Below are positions 11,884 to 25,900 of a stretch of 64,000 nucleotides of DNA, piece by piece. The notes under the pieces are model-generated. The model was not told the DNA's origin. It was given only the letters and a program-made list of their open reading frames with translations, and ran no database searches. The stretch lies in NCBI GenBank assembly GCA_964016885.1, contig OZ024744.1, positions 134,478,001 to 134,542,000 on the forward strand, in the 5' to 3' direction. The translations under genes and the position numbers were made by a program. How positions within the stretch are numbered: position 1 is the first letter of the stretch; the number at the start of each line of letters is the position of its first letter. The DNA comes from Eledone cirrhosa. Taxonomy: Eukaryota.

Positions 11884-14700
11884 GTCGGGGTTAAGTTAAG
11901 TTGGCGTTAAGTTAAGTTAGGCTTAACTTAAGTTGGGGTTCAGTTAAGTTGGGGGTAAGTTAAGTTGGGGGTAAGTTAAGTTGGGGTTAAGTTAAGTTGC
12001 GGTTAAGTTGGGGTTAAGTTAAGTTAGGGTTAAGTTAAGTTGGGGTTGAGTTAAGTTGGGGTTAATTAAGTGGTGGTTATGTTAAGTTGGGGTTAAGTTA
12101 AGTTGGGGTTAATTTAAATTGGGGTTAAGTTAACTTTGTGGTTAAGTTAAGTTGGGGTTAAGTTAAGTTGGGGTTAAGTTGGGGTTGAGTTAAGTTGGGG
12201 TTGAGTGAAGTTGGGGTTAAGTTAAGTTGGGGTTAAGTTAAGTTGGGGTTAAGTTAAGTCGGGGTTAAGTTAAGTTGTGGTTGAGTTAAGTTGGGGTTAA
12301 TTTAAGTTGGGGTTAAGTTAAGTTGGGGTTAAGTTAAGTTGGGGTTAAGTTAAGATGGGGTTAAGTTAAGTTGGGGTTAAGTTAAGTTGAGGTTAAGTTA
12401 AGTTGGGGTTAAGTTAAGTTGGGGTTAAGTTAAGTTGGGGTTAAGTTAAGTCGGGGTTAAGTTAAGTCGGGGTTAAGTTAAGTTAGGGTTCAGTTAAGTT
12501 GGGGTTAAGTTAAGTTGGGGTTGAGTTAAGTTGGGGTTGAGTTAAATTGGGGTTGAGTTAAGTTGGGGTTGAGTTAAGTTGGTGTTGAGTTAAGTTGGGG
12601 TTAAGTTAAGTTGGGGTTAAATTAATTTGTGGTTAAGTTAAGTTGGGGTTAAGTTAAGTTTGGGTTAAGTTAAGTTGGGGATAAGTTAAGTTGGGGTTAA
12701 GTTAAGTTGAGGTTAAGTTAAGTTGGGGTTAAATTAAGTTGGGGTTAAGTTAAGTTGGGGTTAAGTTAAGTTGGGGTTAAGTTAAGATGGGGATAAGTTA
12801 AGTTGGGGATAATTTAAGTTGGGGTTAAGTTAAGTTGGGTTTAAGTTAAGTTGGGGTTAAGTTAAGTTGGGGGTAAGTTAAGTTGGGGTTAAGTTAAGTT
12901 GGGGTTAAGTTAAGTTGGGGTTAAGTTAAGTTGGGGCTAAGTTAAGTTGGGGCTGAGTTAAGTTGGGGTTAAGTTAAGTTGGGGTTAAGTTAAGTTGGGG
13001 TTAATTTAAGTTGGGGTTTATTTAAGTTGGGGTTACGTTAAGTTGGTGTTAAGTTAAGTTGGGGTTAATTTAAGTTGGGGTTAATTAAGTTGGGGTTAAG
13101 TTAAGTTGGGGTTAAGTTAAGTTGGGGTTAAGTTAAGTTGGGGTTCAGTTAAGTTGGGTATAAGTTAAGTTGGGTATAAGTTAAGTTGGGGTTAAGTTAA
13201 GTTGGGGTTAAGTTAAGTTGGTGTTAAGTTAAGTTGGGGCTAAGTTAAGTTGGGGCTGAGTTAAGTTGGGGCTGAGTTAAGTTGGGGTTAAGTTAAGTTG
13301 GGGTCAAGTTAAGTTGGGGTTAAGTTGGGGTTAAGTTAAGTTAGGTTTAAGTTAAGATGGGGTTAAGTTAAGTTGGGGTTAAGTTAAGTTGGGGTTAAGT
13401 TAAGTTGGGGTTAAGTTAAGTTGGGGTTGAGTTAATTTGTGGTTAAGTTAAGTTGGGGTTAAGTTAAGTCGGGGTTAAGTTAAGTTGGGGTTAAGTTAAG
13501 TTGGGGTTAAGTTAAGTTGGGGTTAAGTTAAGTTGGGGTCAAGTTAAGTTGGGGTTAAGTTGGGGTTAGGTTAAGTTAGGTTTAAGTTAAGTTGGGGTTA
13601 AGTTAAGTTGGGGTTAAGTTAAGTTGGGGTTAAGTTAAGTTGGGGTTAAGTTAATTTGTGGTTAAGTTAAGTTGGGGTTAAGTTAAGTTGGGGTTAAGTT
13701 AAGTTGGGGTTAAGTTAAGTCGGAGTTAATTTAAGTTGGGGTTAAGTTAAGTTGGGGTTAATTTAAGTTGGGGTTAAGTTAAGTTGGGGTTAAGTTAAGT
13801 TGGGGTTAAATTAAGTTGGGGTTAAGTTAAGTTGGGGTTAAGTCAAGTTGGGGTTAAGTTAAGTTGGGGATAAATTAATTTGGGGATAATTTAAGTTGGG
13901 GTTAAGTTAAGTTGGGTTTAAGTTAAGTTGGGGTTAAGTTAAGTTGGGGTTAAGTTAAGTTGGGGTTAAGTTAAGTTGGGGTTAAGTTAAGTTGGGGCTA
14001 AGTTAAGTTGGGGCTGAGTTAAGTTGGGGTTAAGTTAAGTTGGGCTTAATTTAAGTCGGGGTTAAGTTAAGTTAGGGTTCAGTTAAGTTGGGGTTAAGTT
14101 AAGTTGGGGTTAAGTTAAGTTGGGGTTGAGTTAAATTGGGGTTGAGTTAAGTTGGGGTTGAGTTAGGTTGGTGTTGAGTTAAGTTGGGGTTAAGTTAAGT
14201 TGGGGTTAAGTTAAGTTGCAGTTAAGTTAAGTTGAGGTTAAGTTAAGGTGCGGTTAAGTTAAGTTGGGGTTAAATTAAGTTGGGGCTAAGTTAAGTTGGG
14301 GCTAAGTTAAGTTGGGGCTAATTTAAGTTGGGGTTAAGTTAAGTTGGGGTTAAGTTAAGTCGGGGTTAAGTTAAGTTGGGGTTAAGTTAAGTTGGGGTTA
14401 ATTTAAGTTGGGGTTAAGTTAAGTTGGGGTTAAGTTAAGTTGGGGTTAAGTTAAGTTGGGGTTAAGTTAAGTTGGGTTTAAGTTAAGTTGGGGTTAAGTT
14501 AAGTTGGGGTTAAGTTAAGTTGGGGTTAAGTTAAGTTGGTTAGTTAAGTTGAGTTTAAGTTAAGTTGGGGTTAATTTAAGTTGGGGTTAAGTTATGTTGG
14601 GGTTAAGTTAAGTTGGGGTTAAGTTAAGTTGGGGTTAAGTTAAGTTGGGGTTAAGTTAAGTTGGGGTTAAGTTAAGTTGGGGTTAAGTTAAGTTGGGGTT

Positions 14701-14876
14701 AACCCCAACTTAACTTAACCCCAACTTCACTCAACCCCAACGTAACTCAACCCCAACTTAACTTATCCCCAACTTCACTCAACCCCAACTTAACTTAACC
14801 CCAACTTCACTCAACCCCAACTTCCAACTTGACTTAATCCCAACTTAACTTAGCCCCAACTTAACTTAAGCCCTAA
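14701..14876 (-). repeat. Inverted satellite block 5
   Basis: Centre 14700/14701. Consensus-type block. Confidence 0.97.
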
Positions 14877-17800
14877 GTCGGGGTTAAGTTAAGTTGGCGT
14901 TAAGTTAAGTTAGGCTTAACTTAAGTTGGGGTTCAGTTAAGTTGGGGGTAAGTTAAGTTGGGGGTAAGGTAAGTTGGGGTTAAGTTAAGTTGCGGTTAAG
15001 TTGGGGTTAAGTTAAGTTAGGGTTAAGTTAAGTTGGGGTTGAGTTAAGTTGGGGTTAATTAAGTGGTGGTTATGTTAAGTTGGGGTTAAGTTAAGTTGGG
15101 GTTAATTTAAATTGGGGTTAAGTTAACTTTGTGGTTAAGTTAAGTTGGGGTTAAGTTAAGTTGGGGTTAAGTTGGGGTTGAGTTAAGTTGGGGTTGAGTG
15201 AAGTTGGGGTTAAGTTAAGTTGGGGTTAAGTTAAGTTGGGGTTAAGTTAAGTCGGGGTTAAGTTAAGTTGTGGTTGAGTTAAGTTGGGGTTAATTTAAGT
15301 TGGGGTTAAGTTAAGTTGGGGTTAAGTTAAGTTGGGGTTAAGTTAAGATGGGGTTAAGTTAAGTTGGGATTAAGTTAAGTTGAGGTTAAGTTAAGTTGGG
15401 GTTAAATTAAGTTGGGGTTAAGTTAAGTTGGGGTTAAGTTAAGTTGGGGTTAAGTTAAGTTGGGGATAAGTTAAGTTGGGGATAATTTAAGTTGGGGTTA
15501 AGTTAAGTTGGGTTTAAGTTAAGTTGGGGTTAAGTTAATTTGTGGTTAAGTTAAGTTGGGGTTAAGTTAAGTTGGGGTTAAGTTAAGTTGGGGTTAAGTT
15601 AAGTCGGGGTTAAGTTAAGTTGGGGTTAAGTTAAGTTGGGGTTAATTTAAGTTGGGGTTAAGTTAAGTTGGGGTTAAGTTAAGTTGGGGTTAATTTAAGA
15701 TGGGGTTAAGTTAAGTTGGGGTTAAGTTAAGTTGAGGTTAAGTTAAGTTGGGGTTAAATTAAGTTGGGGTTAAGTTAAGTTGGGGTTAAGTTAAGTTGGG
15801 GTTAAGTTAAGTTGGGGATAAGTTAAGTTGGGGATAATTTAAGTTGGGGTTAAGTTAAGTTGGGTTTAAGTTAAGTTGGGGTTAAGTTAAGTTGGGGTTA
15901 AGTTAAGTTGGGGTTAAGTTAAGTTGGGGTTAAGTTAAGTTGGGGCTAAGTTAAGTTGGGGCTGAGTTAAGTTGGGGTTAAGTTAAGTTGGGGTTAAGTT
16001 AAGTTGGGGTTAAGTTAAGTTGGGGTTTATTTAAGTTGGGGTTAAGTTAAGTTGGGGTTCAGTTAAGTTGGGGTTAAGTTAAGTCGGGGTTAAGTTAAGT
16101 CGGGGTTAAGTTAAGTTAGGGTTCAGTTAAGTTGGGGTTAAGTTAAGTTGGGCTTGAGTTAAGTTGGGGTTGAGTTAAATTGGGGTTGAGTTAAGTTGGG
16201 GTTGAGTTAAGTTGGTGTTGAGTTAAGTTGGGGTTAAGTTAAGTTGGGGTTAAGTTAAGTTGCAGTTAAGTTAAGTTGAGGTTAAGTTAAGGTGGGGTTA
16301 AGTTAAGTCGGGGTTAAGTTAAGTTGTGGTTGAGTTAAGTTGGGGTTAATTTAAGTTGGGGCTAAGTTAATTTGTGGTTAAGTTAAGTTGGTGTTAACTT
16401 AAGTTGGGGTTAAGTTAAGTTGGGGTTGAGTTAAGTTGGGGTTGAGTTAATTTGGGGTTAAGTTAAGTTGGGGTTAATTTAAGTTGGGTTTAAGTTAATT
16501 TGGGGTTAAATTAAGTTGGGGTTAAATTAAGTTGGGGTTAAGTTATGTCGGGGGTAAGTTAAGTTGGGGGCAAGTTAAGTTGGGGTTAATTTAAGTTGGG
16601 GTTAAATTAAGTTGGGGTTACGTTAAGTTGGTGTTAAGTTAAGTTGGGGTTAATTTAAGTTGGGGTTAATTAAGTTGGGGTTAAGTTAAGTTGGGGTTAA
16701 GTTAAGTTGGGGTTAATTTAAGTTGGGGTTGAGTTAAGTTGGGGTTAAGTTAAGTTGGGGTTATATTAAGTTGGGGTTAAGTTAAGTTGGGGTTCAGTTA
16801 AGTTGGGGATAAGTTAAGTTGGGGTTAAGTTAAGTTGGGGTTAATTTAAGTTGGGGTTAAGTTAAGTTGGTGTTAATTTAAGTTGGGGCTAAGTTAAGTT
16901 GGGGCTGAGTTAAGTTGGGGCTGAGTTAAGTTGGGGTTAAGTTAAGTTGGGGTTGAGTTAAGTTGGGGTTAAGTTAATTTGGGGTCAAGTTAATTTGGGG
17001 TTAAGTTGGGGTTAAGTTAAGTTAGGTTTAAGTTAAGTTGGGGTTAAGTTAAGTTGGGGTTAAGTTAAGTTGGGGTTAAGTTAAGTTGGGGTTAAAATTA
17101 AGTTGGGGTTAAGTTAAGTTGGGGTTAAGTTAAGTTGGGGTTAAGTTAAGTTGGGGTTAAGTTAAGTTGAGGTTAAGTTAAGTTGGGGTTAAATTAAGTT
17201 GGGGTTAAGTTAAGTTGGGGTTAAGTTAAGTTGGGGTTAAGTTAAGTTGGGGATAAGTTAAGTTGGGGATAATTTAAGTTGGGGTTAAGTTAAGTTGGGT
17301 TTAAGTTAAGTTGGGGTTAAGTTAAGTTGGGGATAAGTTAAGTTGGGGTTAAGTTAAGTTGGGGTTAAGTTAAGTTGGGGTTAAGCTAAGTTGGGGTTAA
17401 GTTAAGTCGGGGTTAAGTTAAGTTGGGGTTAAGTTAAGTTGGGGTTAATTTAAGTTGGGGTTAAGTTAAGTTGGGGTTAAGTTAAGTTGGGGTTAAGTTA
17501 AGTTGGGGTTAAGTTAAGTTGAGGTTAAGTTAAGTTGGGGTTAAATTAAGTTGGGGTTAAGTTAAGTTGGGGTTAAGTTAAGTTGGGGTTAAGTTAAGTT
17601 GGGGATAAGTTAAGTTGGGGATAATTTAAGTTGGGGTTAAGTTAAGTTGGGTTTAAGTTAAGTTGGGGTTAAGTTAAGTTGGGGATAAGTTAAGTTGGGG
17701 TTAAGTTAAGTTGGGGTTAAGTTAAGTTGGGGTTAAGCTAAGTTGGGGCTAAGTTAAGTTGGGGCTGAGTTAAGTTGGGGTTAAGTTAAGTTGGGGTTAA

Positions 17801-20800
17801 GTTAAGTTGGGGTTAAGTTAAGTTGGGGTTTATTTAAGTTGGGGTTAAATTAAGTTGGGGTTCAGTTAAGTTGGGGTTAAATTAAGTTGGTGTTAAGTTA
17901 AGTTGGGGTTAAGTTAAGTTGGGGTTAAGTTAAGTTGGGGTTAAGTTAAGTCGGGGTTAAGTTAAGTCGTGGTTAAGTTAAGTTAGGGTTCAGTTAAGTT
18001 GGGGTTAAGTTAAGTTGGGGTTGAGTTAAGTTGGGGTTGAGTTAAATTGGGGTTGAGTTAAGTTGGGGTTGAGTTAAGTTGGTTTTGAGTTAAGTTGGGG
18101 TTAAGTTAAGTTGGGGTTAAGTTAAGTTGGGGTCAAGTTAAGTTGGGGTTAAGTTAAGTTGGTTAGTTAAGTTGAGTTTAAGTTAAGTTGGGGTTAATTT
18201 AAGTTGGGGTTAAGTTAAGTTGGGGTTAAGTTAAGTTGGGGTTAAGTTAAGTTGGGGTTAAGTTAAGTTGGGGTTAAGTTAAGTCGGGGTTAATTTAAGT
18301 CGGGGTTAAGTTAAGTTAGGGTTCAGTTAAGTTGGGGTTAAGTTAAGTTGGGGTTGAGTTAAGTTGGGGTTGAGTTAAATTGGGGTTGAGTTAAGTTGGT
18401 GTTGAGTTAAGTTGGTGTTGAGTTAAGTTGGGGTTAAGTTAAGTTGGGGTTAAGTTAAGTTGCAGTTAAGTTAAGTTGAGGTTTAGTTAAGGTGGGGTTA
18501 AGTTAAGTCGGGGTTAAGTTAAGTTGTGGTTGAGTTAAGTTGGGGTTAATTTAAGTTGGGGCTGAGTTAATTTGTGGTTAAGTTAAGCTGGAGTTAAGTT
18601 AAGTTGGGGTTGAGTTAAGTTGGGGTTGAGTTAATTTGGGGTTAAGTTAAGTTGGGGTTAATTTAAGTTGGGTTTAAGTTAAGTTGGGGTTAAATTAAGT
18701 TGGGGTTAAATTAAGTTGGGGTTAAGTTAAGTTGGGGGTAAGTTAAGTTGGGGGCAAGTTAAGTTGGGGTTAATTTAAGTTGGGGTTAAATTAAGTTGGG
18801 GTTACGTTAAGTTGGTGTTAAGTTAAGTTGGGGTTAATTTAAGTTGGGGTTAATTAAGTTGGGGTTAAGTTAAGTTGGGGTTAAGTTAAGTTGGGGTTAA
18901 TTTAAGTTGGGGTTGAGTTAAGTTGGGGTTAAGTTAAGTTGGGGTTATATTAAGTTGGGGTTAAGTTAAGTTGGGGTTCAGTTAAGTTGGGGATAAGTTA
19001 AGTTGGGGTTAAGTTAAGTTGGGGTTAATTAAGTTGGGGTTAAGTTAAGTTGGGGTTAAGTTAAGTTGGGGCTAAGTTAAGTTGCAGTTAAGTTAAGTTG
19101 AGGTTAAGTTAAGGTGGGGTTAAGTTAAGTCGGGGTTAAGTTAAGTTGTGGTTGAGTTAAGTTGGGGCTAAGTTAATTTGTGGTTAAGTTAAGTTGGGAT
19201 TAAGTTAAGTTGGGGTTAAGTTAAGTTGGGGTTGAGTTAAGTTGGGGTTGAGTTAATTTGGGGTTAAGTTAAGTTGGGATTAAGTTAAGTTGGGTTTAAG
19301 TTAAGTTGGGGTTAAATTAAGTTGGGGTTAAATTAAGTTGGGGTTAAGTTAAGTTGGGGGTAAGTTAAGTTGGGGGCAAGTTAAGTTGGGGTTAATTTAA
19401 GTTGGGGTTAAATTAAGTTGGGGTAACGTTAAGTTGGTGTTAAGTTAAGTTGGGGTTAATTTAAGTTGGGGTTAATTAAGTTGGGGTTAAGTTAAGTTGG
19501 GGTTAAGTTAAGTTGGGGTTAATTTAAGTTGGGGTTGAGTTAAGTTGGGGTTCAGTTAAGTTGGGGATAAGTTAAGTTGGGGTTAAGTTAAGTTGGGGTT
19601 AAGTTAAGTTGGGGTTAAGTTAAGTTGGTGTTAAGTTAAGTTGGGGCTAAGTTAAGTTGGGGCTGAGTCAAGTTGGGGCTGAGTTAAGTTGGGGTTAAGT
19701 TAAATTGGGGTTGAGTTAAGTTGGGGTTAAGTTAAGTTGGGGTCAAGTTAAGTTGGGGTTAAGTTGGGGTTAAGTTAAGTTAGGTTTAAGTTAAGTTGGG
19801 GTTAAGTTAAGTTGGGGTTAAGTTAAGTTGGGGTTAAGTTAAGTTGGGGTTAAGTTAAGTTGGTGTTAAGTTAATTTGTGGTTAAGTTAAGTTGGGGTTA
19901 AGTTAAGTTGGGGTTAAGTTAAGTTGGGGTTAATTTAAGTTGGGGTTAAGTTAAGTTGGGGTTAAGTTAAGTTGAGGTTAAGTTAAGTTGGGGTTAAATT
20001 AAGTTGGGGTTAAGTTAAGTTGGGGTTAAGTTAAGTTGGGGTTAAGTTAAGTTGGGGATAAGTTAAGTTGGGGATAATTTAAGTTGGGGTTAAGTTAAGT
20101 TGGGTTTAAGTTAAGTTCGGGTTAAGTTAAGTTGGGGATAAGTTAAGTTGGGGTTAAGTTAAGTTGGGGATAAGTTAAGTTGGGGTTAAGTTAAGTTGGG
20201 GCTAAGTTAAGTTGGGGCTGAGTTAAGTTGGGGTTAAGTTAAGTTGGGGTTAAGTTAAGTTGGGGTTAATTTAAGTTGGGGTTTATTTAAGTTGGGGTTA
20301 CGTTAAGTTGGTGTTAAGTTAAGTTGGGGTTAATTTAAGTTGGGGTTAATTAAGTTGGGGTTAAGTTAAGTTGGGGTTAAGTTAAGTTGGGGTTAATTTA
20401 AGTTGGGGTTGAGTTAAGTTGGGGTTAAGTTAAGTTGGGGTTATATTAATTTGGGGTTAAGTTAAGTTGGGGTTCAGTTAAGTTGGGGATAAGTTAAGTT
20501 GGGGTTAAGTTAAGTTGGGGTTAAGTTAAGTTGGGGTTAAGTTAAGTTGGTGTTAAGTTAAGTTGGGGCTAAGTTAAGTTGGGGCTGAGTTAAGTTGGGG
20601 CTGAGTTAAGTTGGGGTTAAGTTAAGTTGGGGTCAAGTTAAGTTGGGGTTAAGTTGGGGTTAAGTTAAGTTAGGTTTAAGTTAAGTTGGGGTTAAGTTAA
20701 GTTGGGGTTGAGTTAAGTTGGGGTTAAGTTAAGTTGGGGTTAAGTTAATTTGTGGTTAAGTTAATTTGTGGTTAAGTTAAGTTGGGGTTAAGTTAAGTTG

Positions 20801-22802
20801 GGGTTAAGTTAAGTTGGGGTTAAGTTAAGTTGAGGTTAATTTAAGTTGGGGTTAATTTAAGTTGGGGTTAAGTTAAGTTGGGGTCAAGTTAAGTTGGGGT
20901 TAAGTTGGGGTTAAGTTAAGTTAGGTTTAAGTTAAGTTGGGGTTAAGTTAAGTTGGGGTTAAGTTAAGTTGGGGTTAAGTTAAGTTGGGGTTAAGTTAAG
21001 TTGGGGTTAAGTTAATTTGTGGTTAAGTTAAGTTGGGGTTAAGTTAAGTTGGGGTTAAGTTAAGTTGGGGTTAAGTTAAGTCGGGGTTAAGTTAAGTTGG
21101 GGTTAAGTTAAGTTGGGGTTAATTTAAGTTGGGGTTAAGTTAAGATGGGGTTAAGTTAAGTTGAGGTTAAGTTAAGTTCAGGTTAAGTTAAGTTGGGGTT
21201 AAATTAAGTTGGGGTTAAGTTAAGATGGGGTTAAGTCAAGTTGGGGTTAAGTTAAGTTGGGGATAAGTTAAGTTGGGGATAATTTAAGTTGGGGTTAAGT
21301 TAAGTTGGGTTTAAGTTAAGTTGGGGTTAAGTTAAGTTGGGGTTAAGTTAAGTTGGGGTTAAGTTAAGTTGGGGTTAAGTTAAGTTGGGGCTAAGTTAAG
21401 TTGGGGCTGAGTTAAGTTGGGGTTAAGTTAAGTTGGGGTTAAGTTAAGTTGGGGTTAAGTTAAGTTGGAGTTTATTTAAGTTGGGGTTAAGTTAAGTTGG
21501 GGTTCAGTTAAGTTGGGGTTAAGTTAAGTTGGTTTAAGATGGGGTTAAATTAAGTTGGGGTTAAGTTAAGTTGGGGTTAAGTTAAGTTGGGGTTAAGTTA
21601 AGTTGGGGTTAAGTTAAGTTGGGGTTAAGTTAAGTTGGGGTTAAGTTGGGGTTAAGTTAAGTTAGGTTTAAGTTAAGTTGGGGTTAAGTTAAGTTGGGGT
21701 TAAGTTAAGTTGGGGTTAAGTTAAGTTGGGGTTAAGTTAATTTGTGGTTAAGTTAAGTTGGGGTTAAGTTAAGTTGGGGTTAAGTTAAGTTGGGGTTAAG
21801 TTAAGTCGGAGTTAATTTAAGTTGGGGTTAAGTTAAGTTGGGGTTAATTTAAGTTGGGGTTAAGTTAAGTTGGGGTTAAGTTAAGTTGGGGTTAAATTAA
21901 GTTGGGGTTAAGTTAAGTTGGGGTTAAGTCAAGTTGGGGTTAAGTTAAGTTGGGGATAAGTTAAGTTGGGGATAATTTAAGTTGGGGTTAAGTTAAGTTG
22001 GGTTTAAGTTAAGTTGGGGTTAAGTTAAGTTGGGGTTAAGTTAAGTTGGGGTTAAGTTAAGTTGGGGTTAAGTTAAGTTGGGGCTAAGTTAAGTTGGGGC
22101 TGAGTTAAGTTGGGGTTAAGTTAAGTTGGGGTTAATTTAAGTCGGGGTTAAGTTAAGTTAGGGTTCAGTTAAGTTGGGGTTAAGTTAAGTTGGGGTTGAG
22201 TTAAGTTGGGGTTGAGTTAAATTGGGGTTGAGTTAAGTTGGGGTTGAGTTAAGTTGGTGTTGAGTTAAGTTGGGGTTAAGTTAAGTTGGGGTTAAGTTAA
22301 GTTGCAGTTAAGTTAAGTTGAGGTTAAGTTAAGGTGCGGTTAAGTTAAGTTGGGGTTAAGTTAAGTTGGGGCTAAGTTAAGTTGGGGCTAAGTTAAGTTG
22401 GGGCTAATTTAAGTTGGGGTTAAGTTAAGTTGGGGTTAAGTTAAGTCGGGGTTAAGTTAAGTTGGGGTTAAGTTAAGTTGGGGTTAATTTAAGTTGGGGT
22501 TAAGTTAAGTTGGGGTTAAGTTAAGTTGGGGTTAAGTTAAGTTGGGGTTAAGTTAAGTTGGGTTTAAGTTAAGTTGGGGTTAAGTTAAGTTGGGTTTAAG
22601 TTAAGTTGGGGTTAAGTTAAGTTGGGGTTAAGTTAAGTTGGGGTTAAGTTAAGTTGGTTAGTTAAGTTGAGTTTAAGTTAAGTTGGGGTTAATTTAAGTT
22701 GGGGTTAAGTTATGTTGGGGTTAAGTTAAGTTAGGGTTAAGTTAAGTTGGGGTTAAGTTAAGTTGGGGTTAAGTTAAGTTGGGGTTAAGTTAAGTTGGGG
22801 TT

Positions 22803-22978
22803 AACCCCAACTTAACTTAACCCCAACTTCACTCAACCCCAACGTAACTCAACCCCAACTTAACTTATCCCCAACTTCACTCAACCCCAACTTAACTTAA
22901 CCCCAACTTCACTCAACCCCAACTTCCAACTTGACTTAATCCCAACTTAACTTAGCCCCAACTTAACTTAAGCCCTAA
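22803..22978 (-). repeat. Inverted satellite block 6
   Basis: Centre 22802/22803. The downstream tail carries TTGAGGGTAAG (shared with block 7) and is truncated at ~23108. Confidence 0.97.
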
Positions 22979-25900
22979 GTCGGGGTTAAGTTAAGTTGGC
23001 GTTAAGTTAAGTTAGGCTTAACTTAAGTTGGGGTTCAGTTAAGTTGGGGGTAAGTTAAGTTGAGGGTAAGTTAAGTTGGGGTTAAGTTAAGTTGCGGTTA
23101 AGTTGGGGTTTATTTAAGTTGGGGTTAAGTTAAGTTGGGGTTCAGTTAAGTTGGGGTTAAGTTAAGTCGGGGTTAAGTTAAGTCGGGGTTAAGTTAAGTT
23201 AGGGTTCAGTTAAGTTGGGGTTAAGTTAAGTTGGGCTTGAGTTAAGTTGGGGTTGAGTTAAATTGGGGTTGAGTTAAGTTGGGGTTGAGTTAAGTTGGTG
23301 TTGAGTTAAGTTGGGGTTAAGTTAAGTTGGGGTTAAGTTAAGTTGCAGTTAAGTTAAGTTGAGGTTAAGTTAAGGTGGGGTTAAGTTAAGTCGGGGTTAA
23401 GTTAAGTTGTGGTTGAGTTAAGTTGGGGTTAATTTAAGTTGGGGCTAAGTTAATTTGTGGTTAAGTTAAGTTGGTGTTAACTTAAGTTGGGGTTAAGTTA
23501 AGTTGGGGTTGAGTTAAGTTGGGGTTGAGTTAATTTGGGGTTAAGTTAAGTTGGGGTTAATTTAAGTTGGGTTTAAGTTAATTTGGGGTTAAATTAAGTT
23601 GGGGTTAAATTAAGTTGGGGTTAAGTTATGTCGGGGGTAAGTTAAGTTGGGGGCAAGTTAAGTTGGGGTTAATTTAAGTTGGGGTTAAATTAAGTTGGGG
23701 TTACGTTAAGTTGGTGTTAAGTTAAGTTGGGGTTAATTTAAGTTGGGGTTAATTAAGTTGGGGTTAAGTTAAGTTGGGGTTAAGTTAAGTTGGGGTTAAT
23801 TTAAGTTGGGGTTGAGTTAAGTTGGGGTTAAGTTAAGTTGGGGTTATATTAAGTTGGGGTTAAGTTAAGTTGGGGTTCAGTTAAGTTGGGGATAAGTTAA
23901 GTTGGGGTTAAGTTAAGTTGGGGTTAATTTAAGTTGGGGTTAAGTTAAGTTGGTGTTAATTTAAGTTGGGGCTAAGTTAAGTTGGGGCTGAGTTAAGTTG
24001 GGGCTGAGTTAAGTTGGGGTTAAGTTAAGTTGGGGTTGAGTTAAGTTGGGGTTAAGTTAATTTGGGGTCAAGTTAATTTGGGGTTAAGTTGGGGTTAAGT
24101 TAAGTTAGGTTTAAGTTAAGTTGGGGTTAAGTTAAGTTGGGGTTAAGTTAAGTTGGGGTTAAGTTAAGTTGGGGTTAAAATTAAGTTGGGGTTAAGTTAA
24201 GTTGGGGTTAAGTTAAGTTGGGGTTAAGTTAAGTTGGGGTTAAGTTAAGTTGAGGTTAAGTTAAGTTGGGGTTAAATTAAGTTGGGGTTAAGTTAAGTTG
24301 GGGTTAAGTTAAGTTGGGGTTAAGTTAAGTTGGGGATAAGTTAAGTTGGGGATAATTTAAGTTGGGGTTAAGTTAAGTTGGGTTTAAGTTAAGTTGGGGT
24401 TAAGTTAAGTTGGGGATAAGTTAAGTTGGGGTTAAGTTAAGTTGGGGTTAAGTTAAGTTGGGGTTAAGCTAAGTTGGGGTTAAGTTAAGTCGGGGTTAAG
24501 TTAAGTTGGGGTTAAGTTAAGTTGGGGTTAATTTAAGTTGGGGTTAAGTTAAGTTGGGGTTAAGTTAAGTTGGGGTTAAGTTAAGTTGGGGTTAAGTTAA
24601 GTTGAGGTTAAGTTAAGTTGGGGTTAAATTAAGTTGGGGTTAAGTTAAGTTGGGGTTAAGTTAAGTTGGGGTTAAGTTAAGTTGGGGATAAGTTAAGTTG
24701 GGGATAATTTAAGTTGGGGTTAAGTTAAGTTGGGTTTAAGTTAAGTTGGGGTTAAGTTAAGTTGGGGATAAGTTAAGTTGGGGTTAAGTTAAGTTGGGGT
24801 TAAGTTAAGTTGGGGTTAAGCTAAGTTGGGGCTAAGTTAAGTTGGGGCTGAGTTAAGTTGGGGTTAAGTTAAGTTGGGGTTAAGTTAAGTTGGGGTTAAG
24901 TTAAGTTGGGGTTTATTTAAGTTGGGGTTAAATTAAGTTGGGGTTCAGTTAAGTTGGGGTTAAATTAAGTTGGTGTTAAGTTAAGTTGGGGTTAAGTTAA
25001 GTTGGGGTTAAGTTAAGTTGGGGTTAAGTTAAGTCGGGGTTAAGTTAAGTCGTGGTTAAGTTAAGTTAGGGTTCAGTTAAGTTGGGGTTAAGTTAAGTTG
25101 GGGTTGAGTTAAGTTGGGGTTGAGTTAAATTGGGGTTGAGTTAAGTTGGGGTTGAGTTAAGTTGGTTTTGAGTTAAGTTGGGGTTAAGTTAAGTTGGGGT
25201 TAAGTTAAGTTGGGGTCAAGTTAAGTTGGGGTTAAGTTAAGTTGGTTAGTTAAGTTGAGTTTAAGTTAAGTTGGGGTTAATTTAAGTTGGGGTTAAGTTA
25301 AGTTGGGGTTAAGTTAAGTTGGGGTTAAGTTAAGTTGGGGTTAAGTTAAGTTGGGGTTAAGTTAAGTCGGGGTTAATTTAAGTCGGGGTTAAGTTAAGTT
25401 AGGGTTCAGTTAAGTTGGGGTTAAGTTAAGTTGGGGTTGAGTTAAGTTGGGGTTGAGTTAAATTGGGGTTGAGTTAAGTTGGTGTTGAGTTAAGTTGGTG
25501 TTGAGTTAAGTTGGGGTTAAGTTAAGTTGGGGTTAAGTTAAGTTGCAGTTAAGTTAAGTTGAGGTTTAGTTAAGGTGGGGTTAAGTTAAGTCGGGGTTAA
25601 GTTAAGTTGTGGTTGAGTTAAGTTGGGGTTAATTTAAGTTGGGGCTGAGTTAATTTGTGGTTAAGTTAAGCTGGAGTTAAGTTAAGTTGGGGTTGAGTTA
25701 AGTTGGGGTTGAGTTAATTTGGGGTTAAGTTAAGTTGGGGTTAATTTAAGTTGGGTTTAAGTTAAGTTGGGGTTAAATTAAGTTGGGGTTAAATTAAGTT
25801 GGGGTTAAGTTAAGTTGGGGGTAAGTTAAGTTGGGGGCAAGTTAAGTTGGGGTTAATTTAAGTTGGGGTTAAATTAAGTTGGGGTTACGTTAAGTTGGTG